The notes under the pieces are model-generated. The model was not told where the DNA came from, made no database searches, and saw only the letters and a list, made by a program, of their open reading frames with translations. This document shows positions 9,147 to 20,200 of a stretch of DNA of 64,000 bases, one piece after another. The position numbers and the translations under genes are program-made. Source of the DNA: Candidatus Multivoradales bacterium (GTDB lineage Bacteria; Acidobacteriota; Thermoanaerobaculia; Multivoradales; JAHEKO01); NCBI GenBank assembly GCA_965248055.1, contig CBDFIJ010000004.1, positions 3,136,001 through 3,200,000 on the forward strand, read 5' to 3'. Every line of letters starts with the position of its first letter. Position 1 is the first letter of the stretch.

Positions 9147-10415
9147 CTAGTTGGCTCTGGCGGCCATCGACTTGGGCACCAGCATCCATATGCGGCCGGT
9201 TTGTTTCATCCGCCCGGCGATCTCGGCGGCCTCGGCTCCGGGGCCCCAGAAGACGTCCCCACGTTGCGCGCCGCGGATCGCACCGCCGGTGTCTTGGGCG
9301 CTCATCAGCCTTTGAAATGGCTGGTCGGTGGTTTCGCCAGGGTGTGAGGTCGACAGCCAAACTGGGGTCCCCAACGGTACGACCTTGGGGTCAACCGCCA
9401 AGGATCTTCGTGGGGTCAGGGCTACCCCCAGGCTGCCCACCGGTCCGGCTTCGCTGAGCTCGCGAAAGAAGATGTAAGACGGGTTGGTGTGCAAGATATC
9501 TACGCGGCGATCGGGGTGGCTGTCCAACCAAGCTCGGATCGACTGCATAGAAACCTCATCCACCTTCATGGATCCCCTTTGCACCAGTTCGCGCCCGATC
9601 GCCCAATAGGCGTGACCGTTTTGTCCGGCGTATCCCAGCCGCAGCACGCTGCCGTCATCGAGTTCCACCCGACCCGATCCCTGGATGTGGAGAAAAAAGG
9701 CATCCACCGGGTCATCAACCCAGGCTAGTTCTAAGCCACGCTGTTGCAGACGCCCGCCATCAATCTCCGACCGCTGGTAGTAGGGCTCAAAGGCGCGATT
9801 ACGGACGTGGCCGAGGATCTTCTGTCCGGCCAAGCTGTCGCGAAACTGCCCTAGGTCGAGTTCCACCAACTCTGGGGGCCGTTTGTAGAGCGGCCAGTTG
9901 TAGCGTTCACTGGGGCTGCGACTGCCCGACAGCGTTGGCTCGTAGTAGCCGGTGAATAGGCCGTCTCCAGCGGAGTCGTCGACCTCGACCGGGGAAAGAA
10001 GGGATTCGATCGCCCGTCGAATAGCCGCGTCGTTGTTGGAGCGGCTGAGTTCAGCACAAAACGGTTTCCAGTCGCCAATGGTTCCTCCGAGCGCACCCTG
10101 TAACGCCCTGGAGTCGGGTTGCGCAGCCAAGCGACTACAAGAGGACTTGAGTGCCGGTGCGGCTGCGGTGAAGTCGTCTTCGCTCCATCCCGGAAGCTCG
10201 GCGAACTCGACGCGAAGATACCGCGTGGTGTTTTCTGGCTGGCTGGATTCGGTCGGCCCAACGGTTTGGTCGCCCGGTTCGGTCGCCACATTTTCCACTG
10301 GCGGGTGAGTTTTTACCGACGCCGCGGGTTCAAGGAAAAGATAGAGAGTCGCTACCAAGGCCCAGACGGTGGTTGCAGCGGCAACAATCGGCCACAGGTT
10401 GGAATGATTCCGCAC
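9147..10415 (-). CDS. mltA: Membrane-bound lytic murein transglycosylase A
   Basis: FTGYYEP, FFLHIQGSG, GYAGQNGH, NPSYIFF, AQDTGGAIRG..RGDVFWG (3D domain). Confidence 0.92.
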   Translation of the reverse strand: MRNHSNLWPIVAAATTVWALVATLYLFLEPAASVKTHPPVENVATEPGDQTVGPTESSQPENTTRYLRVEFAELPGWSEDDFTAAAPALKSSCSRLAAQPDSRALQGALGGTIGDWKPFCAELSRSNNDAAIRRAIESLLSPVEVDDSAGDGLFTGYYEPTLSGSRSPSERYNWPLYKRPPELVELDLGQFRDSLAGQKILGHVRNRAFEPYYQRSEIDGGRLQQRGLELAWVDDPVDAFFLHIQGSGRVELDDGSVLRLGYAGQNGHAYWAIGRELVQRGSMKVDEVSMQSIRAWLDSHPDRRVDILHTNPSYIFFRELSEAGPVGSLGVALTPRRSLAVDPKVVPLGTPVWLSTSHPGETTDQPFQRLMSAQDTGGAIRGAQRGDVFWGPGAEAAEIAGRMKQTGRIWMLVPKSMAARAN

Positions 10416-10475
10416 GTCTGGGTTATGTGGAGAATTGGGTTATTTGGAGAATTTGGGCGCTAGGTCAAATGCTGA

Positions 10476-11540
10476 CTAACCGGCATCAGACTGGGGATCA
10501 GACTGGGCATCGGGCCGGAAGTCAGGCTGGGACTCAGCGTCGTTCCTAAGGTCGATCAACTCGGTGTCCTGGTTGACCGCCACCCAGGTGTACCAGAAGG
10601 TGTCGAATCCTGATTGCCTTTGGATTCCCGACTCTTCAGCACGGGCTAAGGCCAGAAGATCGGTGACGCTGTGGTCTTGGGCCAAAGTGCGGGGTATCAG
10701 ATAGGCCTCCGACGAGGCATAGATCGGATCTTCGGCGTGGCGATGCAATAACAGAACGTGGTCCGAGTCAGCGCTCAGATCGATCAGAGCGCCACTGCGA
10801 TAACTGCTGTGGGACACCGCGTAGGGCCGATCGCCGTGCCAAAAGCTGAAAATCAGCGCCTTGGGCTTGAGCCGAGTGTCCGATACTTCAGAGTTGCGAA
10901 AGGTATCTTCGGAGGTGAAGTAGTTGTCGTAGGGATTCGATTGGTCGTGCTCAACGCCGTCGACTGACAGCACTTTGGTGCCCGGGTGAAGTCGTTCCCA
11001 GTCGCCCCACGGCATCTTTTCACCATGGGGAACCTGCGGCATGCCGGTACCTTCCAACTCCCCGCCGATCGCATCCGAAGTCATGATTGACCACCAACTG
11101 TCGGTCTCGCGATCGCGCATCACCAAGGAGGCGTCCAGTAGTCCCCCTGATGCTTCAAAACTGAGTTCTTGATCTCCATGCTGGCGGCCGTAGACCACGG
11201 CCGTGTTGGCCAGCGGTCACCAAACTGCGGCGACCGGAAGGTCACCGAAGCGATCGTTGACCACCTCGTGGTGGTTGAGCAGATTCAAACTGTAGGCGTG
11301 GGCCTCTCCTTCGATCACTACGCCCAGGACCCAGGCCTCGTCCGGAATCTCAGCATCGTTCGCCGAGACCCACTGAGGGTCGAACACTGCGCCAATGGCC
11401 CCGCGGGGCAACAGGATCTGTACCCCGTCGGGGGCTCCCTGCTGCGCCGTCTCGAGCGATTCGTTGGATTGCGCCGCCAGCGGCGGGCTCGTTGCCAGCA
11501 CCAGTGCGAGCGTGACGAGAGATGAGGGTAAGGCGTGCAT
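10476..11540 (-). CDS. DUF3179 domain selenoprotein (secreted; in-frame TGA read as Sec at codon 108)
   Basis: Track ORFs 11217..11606 and 10476..11198 are in the same frame. Reading through gives HEVVND..LPVAAVW-U-PLANTAVVY..FEASGGL..SLVMRDRETDSWWS..FWYTW. TGA 11217-11219 aligns with the first Cys of the family CPLC motif. Confidence 0.82.
11180..11214 (-). promoter_or_regulatory. Putative bacterial SECIS element
   Basis: Just 3' of the UGA: GCUGG-CCAACA-CGGCCGU-GGUCU-ACGGCCG-CCAGC; 7-bp upper stem with a GGUCU apical loop. Confidence 0.72.
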
Positions 11541-11547
11541 GCTCAGG

Positions 11548-13329
11548 TTACGGTGCCAGAGTAGAGGTGGATGGGTGGTTGTTGCGGTAAACGATGCGAC
11601 CGCCAACGATGGTCTTGAGTACCTGGGTTTGGGCGATCTGTTCGGGGTCCACCGTCAAGGGGTCCTGATCGACGACCACCAAGTCAGCGAGTTTTCCCAC
11701 CTCGATGGTGCCCAGTGAGTCTTCAGCTTTGATTGCGAAGGCACCGTCACGGGTGTAGGAGGCGAGCGCTTCGCTGGCGGTCATCGCTTGACCGGGGTAG
11801 AACTGTGCGCCGTTGGCCATTGTGCGCGTGATGCTGGCCGCCAAGTTGGCCCACGGATCGATGCTTTCAACCGGTACGTCGGTGCCATTGACCACGGTGG
11901 CACCGGAGTCGATCAGCCTGCGCCAGACATACGCCCCCTGTTGTGAACGCTGTTCTCCTAGACGGCTGGGCACCCAAGGTCCGTCTGAGGTGCAATGGAT
12001 TCCCTGCATCGAGGCGATGACCCCAAGTGCGCCAAAGCGCTCGATGTCGTCGGGGTGCAAATGCTGTGCGTGCTCGACCCGCCACCTGGGTGAAGCACCG
12101 GGAGCGGTCGACAGCACGTCTTCATAGAGATCTAGTAGCTCACGATTGGCGCGGTCGCCGATTGCGTGAACTCCCAGTTGTAAGTCGCGTTGGAGAGCGA
12201 TTTCGGCAGTGCGGCGCAAAGAGTCAATGCTGACTTGCTGTGCCCCGGTTTCCCCGGCCGCGTCGGAGTAGGGTTGCAGCAGCCAAGCACCGCGCGAGCC
12301 GAGCGCGCCATCCAACGACACCTTGATGCCGCCCACCCGGAACCAGGGAGTCTGGCCCGGCAATTCACCGGATTCCAGGATTTGGTTGGTGTCGCGGATC
12401 ATCGCCCAAATGCGCACTCCCAACCCTCCCTCGGTGTTCAAGGCTGCCAGCTTGTGCAGCACTTCCAAACGAGTGCCGGCGTCTACAAAGGTGGTCACTC
12501 CGTGCTCCGCGGCTTGCTCTGCTGCTGCCGTCGCCAAGCGGGCGAGAGTCTGTTGTTCCAGGTTCAAGTCTTCTTCCGCACGATCTGACACCAAATCCAA
12601 AGCTGCTTCGTTGAGCAGTCCGGTTGGCGCACCGCTTCGGTCGAGGATGATCTCTCCGCCCTCAGGCACGGCGCTGTCTGCGGTAATCCCGCTAAGTTCC
12701 ATCGCCTTCTGGTTGACCAACACCGCGTGGCCAGAGGCGTGCTCCAATGCCACCGGATGGTTGGGCGTTTTGGCGCTCAGTGATCGATGTACCGGGAAAC
12801 CGCGAATTGTCTCGTCGGGCGAGCGATCCCATTTTTCTTGGTGCCAGCCAAAACCCCGAATCCAAGTTCCCGGTGCGGCGGAGGCGGCAGCGGCAGCGAC
12901 TCGACCAATGATTTCATCGAAACTGGAGGCTCCACTGAGATCAACTTGGGTTAGCGCCTCGCCCAGGCCGAGGAAATGACCGTGGTTTTCGATCAGCCCT
13001 GGAAGTACGGTAGCGCCCTCTAGGTCGATAACTGCGGTTTGGTCGCCGATCCAGGGGTTGATCTCGTCATCGCTACCAACTGCGACAATGCGCTCGCCCC
13101 GTACGGCGACCGCCTGGGCTGGCTTGGGAGTGGCTTCGGCAGTACTCGCCCCAGCCACCATGGTGTGAACCGTGCCGCTGCGTAGCACCATGTCAGCAAA
13201 CTCGAGGTCGGCGGACTGGTCATTGGACTGGTCATTGGACTGGGCGGCGGAGTGATCGTTTGGGGTACAGGCGCTGGTCAAAAGGGCGATCAACGCTAAT
13301 GCTGTGGTTGCGCCTCTGGCAATGCTCAT
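11548..13329 (-). CDS. Amidohydrolase family 3 lipoprotein (YtcJ-like)
   Basis: PGLIENHGH, DGALGSRGA, HAIGDRAN, RVEHAQ, GTDVPVE, GTIEVGKLADLVV; lipobox LTSAC. Confidence 0.9.
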   Translation of the reverse strand: MSIARGATTALALIALLTSACTPNDHSAAQSNDQSNDQSADLEFADMVLRSGTVHTMVAGASTAEATPKPAQAVAVRGERIVAVGSDDEINPWIGDQTAVIDLEGATVLPGLIENHGHFLGLGEALTQVDLSGASSFDEIIGRVAAAAASAAPGTWIRGFGWHQEKWDRSPDETIRGFPVHRSLSAKTPNHPVALEHASGHAVLVNQKAMELSGITADSAVPEGGEIILDRSGAPTGLLNEAALDLVSDRAEEDLNLEQQTLARLATAAAEQAAEHGVTTFVDAGTRLEVLHKLAALNTEGGLGVRIWAMIRDTNQILESGELPGQTPWFRVGGIKVSLDGALGSRGAWLLQPYSDAAGETGAQQVSIDSLRRTAEIALQRDLQLGVHAIGDRANRELLDLYEDVLSTAPGASPRWRVEHAQHLHPDDIERFGALGVIASMQGIHCTSDGPWVPSRLGEQRSQQGAYVWRRLIDSGATVVNGTDVPVESIDPWANLAASITRTMANGAQFYPGQAMTASEALASYTRDGAFAIKAEDSLGTIEVGKLADLVVVDQDPLTVDPEQIAQTQVLKTIVGGRIVYRNNHPSTSTLAP

Positions 13330-13532
13330 TGGCGAATCCTAGTGCAAAGATCGCCCAAATGGGGCGAAGGTCGCCTTGCCTCATGCAGCGGGTTTGTTTC
13401 CACCGGTAGGTCTGGAACAATAGGAGCCCGCGAAGGTTCTTGTCACCGACGCTTGGTGGCGAGCCTTTCGTAATTGGCTATTCAACCAGCAACCCGTTTA
13501 CAGGGTATTAGAGCTGCTAAGGAGTTAGATCG

Positions 13533-14099
13533 ATGGGCTCAATAGACGCTAACCAAGCGCGTCCAGGCACCAAATTGATTTTCAAAGACGACCTCTACAC
13601 GGTGGTTGCGCGGGCGCATCACAAGCCTGGCAAGGGTGGGGCATTCGTCAAGTTCAAGCTCAAAGGAATTATCAGCGGCAAGGTTATCGACCATACCGTC
13701 CGCGCAGGTGCCAGCATGGAAACCGCCGATGTCAGCACCGCAGCGATGCAGTATCTCTATCAAGAGGGGACCGGGTACGTGTTCATGGATCTGGAAACCT
13801 ATGAACAGCACACGGTGGAAGCAGAGACCATGGGCTTGGCCTCGAAGTTCCTGGTCGAAAATGTCGAAGCCCAAGTCACCATGTATGAAGGCAGGGCGAT
13901 CGGATTGCAGTTGCCGCAAAAGATGGAATTTGTCATTGCCGAGACCATCGATGACGCCGCCAGAGGCAACACGGCGACCTCGGTGACCAAAGATGCGGTG
14001 CTGGAAACCGGGCTCAAAATCCAGGTCCCCAATTTCGTCAAGACCGGTGACCGGGTCCGTGTTTCCACGGAAGACGGCAGTTACCTTGAGCGCGCCTAG
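13533..14099 (+). CDS. efp: Elongation factor P
   Basis: HHKPGKGGAFV loop, FMDLETYEQ, LETGLKIQVPNFVKTGD; RBS AAGGAG. Confidence 0.95.
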   Translation: MGSIDANQARPGTKLIFKDDLYTVVARAHHKPGKGGAFVKFKLKGIISGKVIDHTVRAGASMETADVSTAAMQYLYQEGTGYVFMDLETYEQHTVEAETMGLASKFLVENVEAQVTMYEGRAIGLQLPQKMEFVIAETIDDAARGNTATSVTKDAVLETGLKIQVPNFVKTGDRVRVSTEDGSYLERA

Positions 14100-14141
14100 C
14101 GGGCGAAGCGTGGGCGGCTTGTCGGTACTCAACGAGAGACA

Positions 14142-15863
14142 TTGAAAATCAAGCGCCGACCGCCGCAAGACGCGGCCCATCTGGAGCCGGTCCTGGGATC
14201 TGTGCTGGCGCGGGTGTACGCCGCGCGCGGCATCACGGACCCGGGCGAATTGGATTACAGCCTGCAGCATCTGCCGGGGTTTTCGAGACTCTCCGGAATC
14301 GATGATGCGGCGAGGGTGATCGCGGATGCGATCGCTGCCGAGGATCGAATCGTGGTGGTAGGGGACTACGACGCGGATGGAGCGACCGCCACCGCGTTGG
14401 TTGTTGAAGCTTTGAAAATGATGGGGGCGACCGATGTCGCCTACAGTGTGCCCAACCGATTTATTGACGGCTATGGCCTGGGTCCCGAACTAGTTGCCAC
14501 CTTTGCCGATCCACCGCCGGGCTTGGTGATCACGGTCGACAACGGGATCGCCGCGTTTGAGGGCGTGGCGGCGGCGAAAGAGATTGGCGCTCGGGTGGTG
14601 GTGACCGATCACCACCTTCCTGGTCCAGAGTTGCCTGACGCTGACGTCATCGTCAACCCGAATCTGTCCGGCGACCAATTTGAATCCAAGAACTTGGCTG
14701 GAGTCGGCGTTGCGTTCTATGTCATGTCAGCGGTTCGTGCCGAACTGCGGGACCGCGGCGCCTTCGAGCACCGCACACAACAACCCAGCTTGGGCGGTCT
14801 ACTGGACTTAGTGGCGATCGGTACCGTGGCGGACGTCGTGGCCCTGGATCGAGTCAACCGCATTTTGGTGCAGCACGGGCTTACCCTGATGCGTGCCGGA
14901 AGATCGCGGCCAGGGATTCGCGCGCTATTGGAGACCGGAGGCCGCCGCGCCAAGACTGTCAATGCTGGCGATCTGGGATTTGTCGTTGGGCCGCGCCTCA
15001 ACGCCGCGGGCCGGATGGACGACATGTCTTTAGGGATCGAAACCCTGATGGAGGACAAACTGCCGCGGGCCTTGGATCGAGCGACCCGCCTGGAGAACCT
15101 TAATCGGGAAAGAAAGACGGTAGAGGCCGGGATGGAGAAGGATGCCCTCGCCGCTCTGGAGAACCTTTCCCTGGGAGATCCGGAACAATTGCCCTTCGGT
15201 TTGGTGGTCTATCAGTTTGGATGGCACGAGGGAGTTTTGGGGATTGTGGCTTCGCGGCTCAGGGAGCGTTTTCACCGGCCAGTGGTGGCCTTTGCTGCTG
15301 GCGATCAAGGAATCAAGGGGTCGATGCGGTCGATCCCAGGGGTTCACGCGCGAGATCTATTGGAAACTGTAGATCTCGCCGTTCCGGGAGTGATCTTGCG
15401 CTATGGCGGGCACGCAATGGCGGCGGGCTTGACCATCGACTCCAATCGACTTGAGGAATTTCGACAGCAATTTGAATCCGCGGTTGCTGCGCTGGTTGGT
15501 CCTGAAGATCTAGAAGGAGTTTGGATTACCGACGGAGAGCTGGCTGCGACAGAGATGACCTTGGACCTAGCTCGTGAGATTCGCCGTGGTGGACCGTGGG
15601 GGCGGGACTTTGAGGAGCCCAGCTTTGATGGGGTCTTGGTGGTCGAGAGCCGATCGGTGGTGGGTCAGAATCATTTGCGATTGCAGCTTAAACCGCAGGA
15701 TTCCGATCGACCGATTGCCGGGATCGCCTTTCGCTGCAGTGACCAAGATTGGCCGGTGTCGCCGTTTGAGGCTCAAGTGGTTTATCGTCTGACGGTGAAT
15801 GATTTTCGAGATCCAGAAACGATGCAGATCCAAGTGCTGGCGATTGAGCCGATGGAAGAATAA
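14142..15863 (+). CDS. recJ: Single-stranded-DNA-specific exonuclease RecJ
   Basis: GDYDADG, TVDNG, TDHH, GTVADV, GPRLNAAGR, GGHAMAAG. Confidence 0.96.
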   Translation: MKIKRRPPQDAAHLEPVLGSVLARVYAARGITDPGELDYSLQHLPGFSRLSGIDDAARVIADAIAAEDRIVVVGDYDADGATATALVVEALKMMGATDVAYSVPNRFIDGYGLGPELVATFADPPPGLVITVDNGIAAFEGVAAAKEIGARVVVTDHHLPGPELPDADVIVNPNLSGDQFESKNLAGVGVAFYVMSAVRAELRDRGAFEHRTQQPSLGGLLDLVAIGTVADVVALDRVNRILVQHGLTLMRAGRSRPGIRALLETGGRRAKTVNAGDLGFVVGPRLNAAGRMDDMSLGIETLMEDKLPRALDRATRLENLNRERKTVEAGMEKDALAALENLSLGDPEQLPFGLVVYQFGWHEGVLGIVASRLRERFHRPVVAFAAGDQGIKGSMRSIPGVHARDLLETVDLAVPGVILRYGGHAMAAGLTIDSNRLEEFRQQFESAVAALVGPEDLEGVWITDGELAATEMTLDLAREIRRGGPWGRDFEEPSFDGVLVVESRSVVGQNHLRLQLKPQDSDRPIAGIAFRCSDQDWPVSPFEAQVVYRLTVNDFRDPETMQIQVLAIEPMEE

Positions 15864-15876
15864 GGAGAGTAGTCCG

Positions 15877-17121
15877 ATGAATAGAACACCGATGAATAGA
15901 ACACTGTTGTTGGTCTTGAGCGCCCTGGTTATGGTCGCTGCCTGTGGTAAATCTCCCGAGCCGGTGGTGGACTACGGACCGGTCGCCCAACAGATAGCTG
16001 AAGAAGCGATCTTGGTCGATACCCACATCGATGTTCCTTACCGTCTGCGTGAGAAACCGGAAGATGTCTCACAGCGCACCGAGACCGGCGATTTTGACTA
16101 TCCCCGCGCCCGTGAAGGAGGCTTAAATGTCGCTTTCATGTCGATCTACGTGCCCGCAGAGACCCAGCAGACCGGGGACTCGGCGCAGGTTGCCGACCAA
16201 CTGATCGACGGGGTGGAAGCGATGGCGGCTGCTGCCCCAGAACGCTTTGGCCTGGTCGACACGGTTGCCGAGATCCGCGAGCAGTCCGCCGGGTCACAAG
16301 TGCTGTTGGCCTTGGGTATGGAGAATGGCGCCCCGATCGGCTCGCTGGAAGATCTACAGCACTTCTACGCTCGGGGTATCCGCTACATCACCTTGACTCA
16401 TTCCGAGAACAATCAGCTGAGCGACTCTTCCTACGCCAAAGAGCGCCAGTGGAATGGCCTCAGTGATTGGGGTCGAGAAGTGGTGGTGGCGATGAACGAC
16501 CTAGGGATTATGGTGGATGTTTCGCATCTTTCCGAGGCCGCTTTCTACCAAGTCCTGGAGACCAGCGCCGCACCGGTGATTGCCTCGCATTCTTCGGCGC
16601 GCCATTTCACCCCGGACTTCGAGCGCAATATGGATGACGCGATGATCCAAGCCTTGGCAAAAAGCGGTGGGGTCATCCAGATCAACTTCGGTTCGGCGTT
16701 CGTCACTGGTGAGGCCAACGCGCAGAGCATGGCCTATTGGAAATTGCAGAATACCTTTATCGCCGAGAACGGGCTAGAGGATGACGATCCGTTGGTCGCC
16801 GAGTTCAAAGACAACTACTTCGCCGAATCACCACGCCTCTACGCAGATGTCGAAGATGTCGCCGATCACATTGACCACGTGGTCGCCTTGGTGGGTATCG
16901 ATCACGTCGGTCTGGGGTCAGACTATGACGGCGTTGGCGATTCCTTACCCACTGGGCTGAAAGACGTCAGCGCCTACCCAAATCTTCTGCGCGTGCTGCT
17001 AGAACGCGGATATTCCGAGGAGGATGTGAGCAAGGTAGCGGGTGAGAACCTGCTGCGCGTGTGGAATGAGGTAGAAGGCGTGGCGGCGGGTTTAGATGGC
17101 AAGCTAGAGGTTGCTGGGTAG
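15877..17121 (+). CDS. Membrane dipeptidase (M19 family) lipoprotein
   Basis: DTHID, LGMENG, ITLTH, DVSHLS, ASHSS, GLGSDYDG; lipobox VAAC; start moved to ATG after RBS AAGGAG. Confidence 0.9.
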   Translation: MNRTPMNRTLLLVLSALVMVAACGKSPEPVVDYGPVAQQIAEEAILVDTHIDVPYRLREKPEDVSQRTETGDFDYPRAREGGLNVAFMSIYVPAETQQTGDSAQVADQLIDGVEAMAAAAPERFGLVDTVAEIREQSAGSQVLLALGMENGAPIGSLEDLQHFYARGIRYITLTHSENNQLSDSSYAKERQWNGLSDWGREVVVAMNDLGIMVDVSHLSEAAFYQVLETSAAPVIASHSSARHFTPDFERNMDDAMIQALAKSGGVIQINFGSAFVTGEANAQSMAYWKLQNTFIAENGLEDDDPLVAEFKDNYFAESPRLYADVEDVADHIDHVVALVGIDHVGLGSDYDGVGDSLPTGLKDVSAYPNLLRVLLERGYSEEDVSKVAGENLLRVWNEVEGVAAGLDGKLEVAG

Positions 17122-17272
17122 TGCGGAGTCACCGTCTTGGAAAGACAGCATGCATTGCTTACCACCGTTTGAAGGTTGGCAACCGGCTCCGCGAACGATT
17201 CAAAGCTGACTGAGCCTTGATTGGGGTCGACACCTTGAAACGCGATACCCTTCGTGCTTAGCAGAGGCTACT

Positions 17273-20200
17273 GTGAACGGGAAGTTATTCACCGAGGATT
17301 TTCTGCGCGAGGGAATTCGTGAGCGCCCAGAATGGCAAAATTTCGGCGACAGCGAGTTGGAGGCGTTCTCGACAGGGATCACGCAGGTTCTAACCCCTCT
17401 GGGGTCGACTCCAAGCCTTAACGAAGCCCAGACGATCGACGCGGTCATTGTTCCAATCCTAGAGTTGTTAGGCTGGCAACACTATATCCGCGAACAAGCA
17501 CTGCAGGGTCACCATCAGACGCCCGATTTTCTTCTCTTCGACTCCGCTGACGCCAAGGCCGAAGCCAGCCGGATCAAGGGTAATTCTCGCTATCGACACG
17601 GCAAGGCGATCCTAGAAGCCAAGAAATGGCAGCGGCCGCTGGACAAGACCGCTCCTAGCGAGACATTCGACTACAGCGCTCCCTCGACCCAGATCCTGAC
17701 CTACTTGAGTACGGTGGAAGTGGTTTCCAACGACGCCGTCCAATGGGGCATCCTCACCAACGGTCGGCACTGGCGGTTGTATTGGCAAAAGGCTCGATCT
17801 CGGGCGGAGGACTTTCTCGAACTGGATCTCTACAGCCTCGCCGGTCCAGGAGCCCAGATCGAACTGCACTCAGAGTTGGAAGCGTCCGATCCCGAGCACT
17901 TCCTAAAGGTGTTTGCTCTGCTCTTTGGCACCCAAGCCCACGCACCCTCGGCATCCCAACCCGGTCTGACGCTGGTCCAAGACTGCCTCGACGAGAGCCG
18001 GTTGTGGGAGGAGAAGGTCTCAAAAGACCTAGGCGATACGGTTTTTGACTACGTGTTCCCGGCCTTGGTTCAAGCCATCGCTGACATTCATCCGGACGCT
18101 CCCAGCGCCGACCTTGAAGAAGTGCGCCAGGACGCGCTGCTCCTGCTCTACAGAATGTTGTTCTTGCTCTACGCTGAGGATCGCAACTTATTGCCGCCGC
18201 GCGACAAAGACTACGATGACTACTCATTGCGCCACATTCGCGAGGAAATCGCCGGTCGCACAGACGAGCCCGACGCCTTTAGCGATACCGCCACACACTT
18301 TTCGGGTCACCTCGCCGATCTGTGTCGCATTGTCGATCAGGGCGACGCTTCCATCGGGATGCCGCCCTACAACGGAGGATTGTTCGCGGCCGACGCTGGA
18401 TACGCTCTGGGGTCGCTGCGCTTGAGTGACCAGCGTTTCGCGCCGATCCTCGACGGTCTCTCCCGGCACGAGAGCCCAGGGGGGCGTCGCTGGATCAACT
18501 ACCGAGACCTTTCGGTGCAGCACCTGGGCGCGATCTACGAGCGATTGCTCGAGTACGACCCGGTCCGGGGTGCTGCCGGCGAGATCGAGCTGCACCGACA
18601 TCCTTTCGCCCGCAAGGGCAGTGGCAGTTACTACACCCACGACGACCTGGTGCAGTTGATCCAGCGCCGGGCCGTGGGGCCACTGGTGGACCAGATAGTG
18701 CAAGAGTTCGAAACCGCCGCCGCCCGTCTGGCGGGTGATCGTCGCCCGATTGCGAAACGGCTTGCGGAACTCCGATCTCTCGATTCGGCCAGTAGAATCC
18801 TTGAGTTGAAAATTTGTGATCCGGCGATGGGTAGCGGTCACTTTCTGGTGTCGCTGGTGGACTACCTTACGGATCGAGCCCTGGAGCAGATCGGGCGCGC
18901 CGAAGCGATCGTGAACTGGGCCCCCGATGAGGCACCGTATCAGTCACCACTCCTGGATCGCGTCGCGGAGATCCGAAACCATATTCTCGACCAGGCCGAC
19001 AGGCACTCCTGGTCGTTGGACCCCACTCGGCTCGACGACCGGCACGTGGTTCGACGCATGGTTCTCAAACGCGTGGTCTACGGAGTGGACAAGAATCCGA
19101 TGGCGGTAGAGCTGGCGAAAGTCTCGCTGTGGCTGCACACGTTTACCGTCGGCGCGCCGCTGTCGTTTCTCGATCACCACTTACGCTTGGGTGACTCGCT
19201 ATTCGGCGAGTGGACAGATGACGTGCGCGACCACCTGCACGAGCTGGGGGGCCTACACCTCGATCGGGCGTTGGTGAGCCTGGGAATGGCGAGCAAGACC
19301 TTCGAGGAGATCGCCGCCCTCACCGACGCCGACATCCACGAGGCGCAGCAATCGGCGCGGTTTTTCCATCAGGCGGAGGAGACACTACGGCCGATCGATC
19401 GACTGTTCAGCTTTTGGCAGGCCTTGAAGTGGCTGCCAGGGAAGAAGAAAAAAGGCGTTCCCGACCACGAAGGAATTCGGCCGCTGTTGCAGGAGACATT
19501 CGGCGAACTCCTGGCTGTGGTCGATCGCGGCGAGGTCCGCACCGACGACCCGCGCAAAACCTGGGAGGCTGCAGCAGTCAACGAACTGTTGCGCGAGACG
19601 CGGGCGTTGGCAGAGCAAGAGCGTTATCTTAACTGGGAGGTGGCGTTTCCGACCGTTTGGGCGATCGCACACAGGAGCAACGTGGTTTCGACGCGGTTAT
19701 CGGCAATCCACCCTGGGACCGGATCAAGCTGCAGGAGGTGGAGTGGTTCGCCGAGCGGCGCCCGGAGATTGCCAAAGCGGGTAAACAGAGCGAACGCAAG
19801 CAACTGATTGCAGCCCTGGAGAAGGCGGGCGACCCGCTGCACAAGGATTACCTCGCGGCCAAAGGGCGCGCCGAAACCGAGGCGGCCGTGGCGCGGTCAG
19901 GAGGTGAGTATCCGCTTCTGGGCAAGGGGGACATCAATCTCTACTCGCTGTTCGTAGAACGCGCCGCCAAGCTCATCAACGCGCGCGGCATGGTCGGTCT
20001 GCTCACCCCCTCGGGGATTGCCGCCGACAAGAGTGCCGCCGAATTCTTCCGATCGATCTCCACCACCGGGCGGCTTCATAGCCTCGTGGACTTTGAGAAC
20101 AAGAAGATCTTTTTCCCAGACGTACACGCCAGCTTCAAGTTCTGTGTCCTCGCCTTCGGCGGCGCCGACCGGCATTTCGCCGCAGCCGACTGCGCCTTCT

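Noticed and set aside
19640-19690. Programmed -1 ribosomal frameshift in the R-M gene
   Set aside because: No canonical X XXY YYZ heptamer in the ORF1 frame and no evident stimulatory hairpin; mutation or assembly error is simpler
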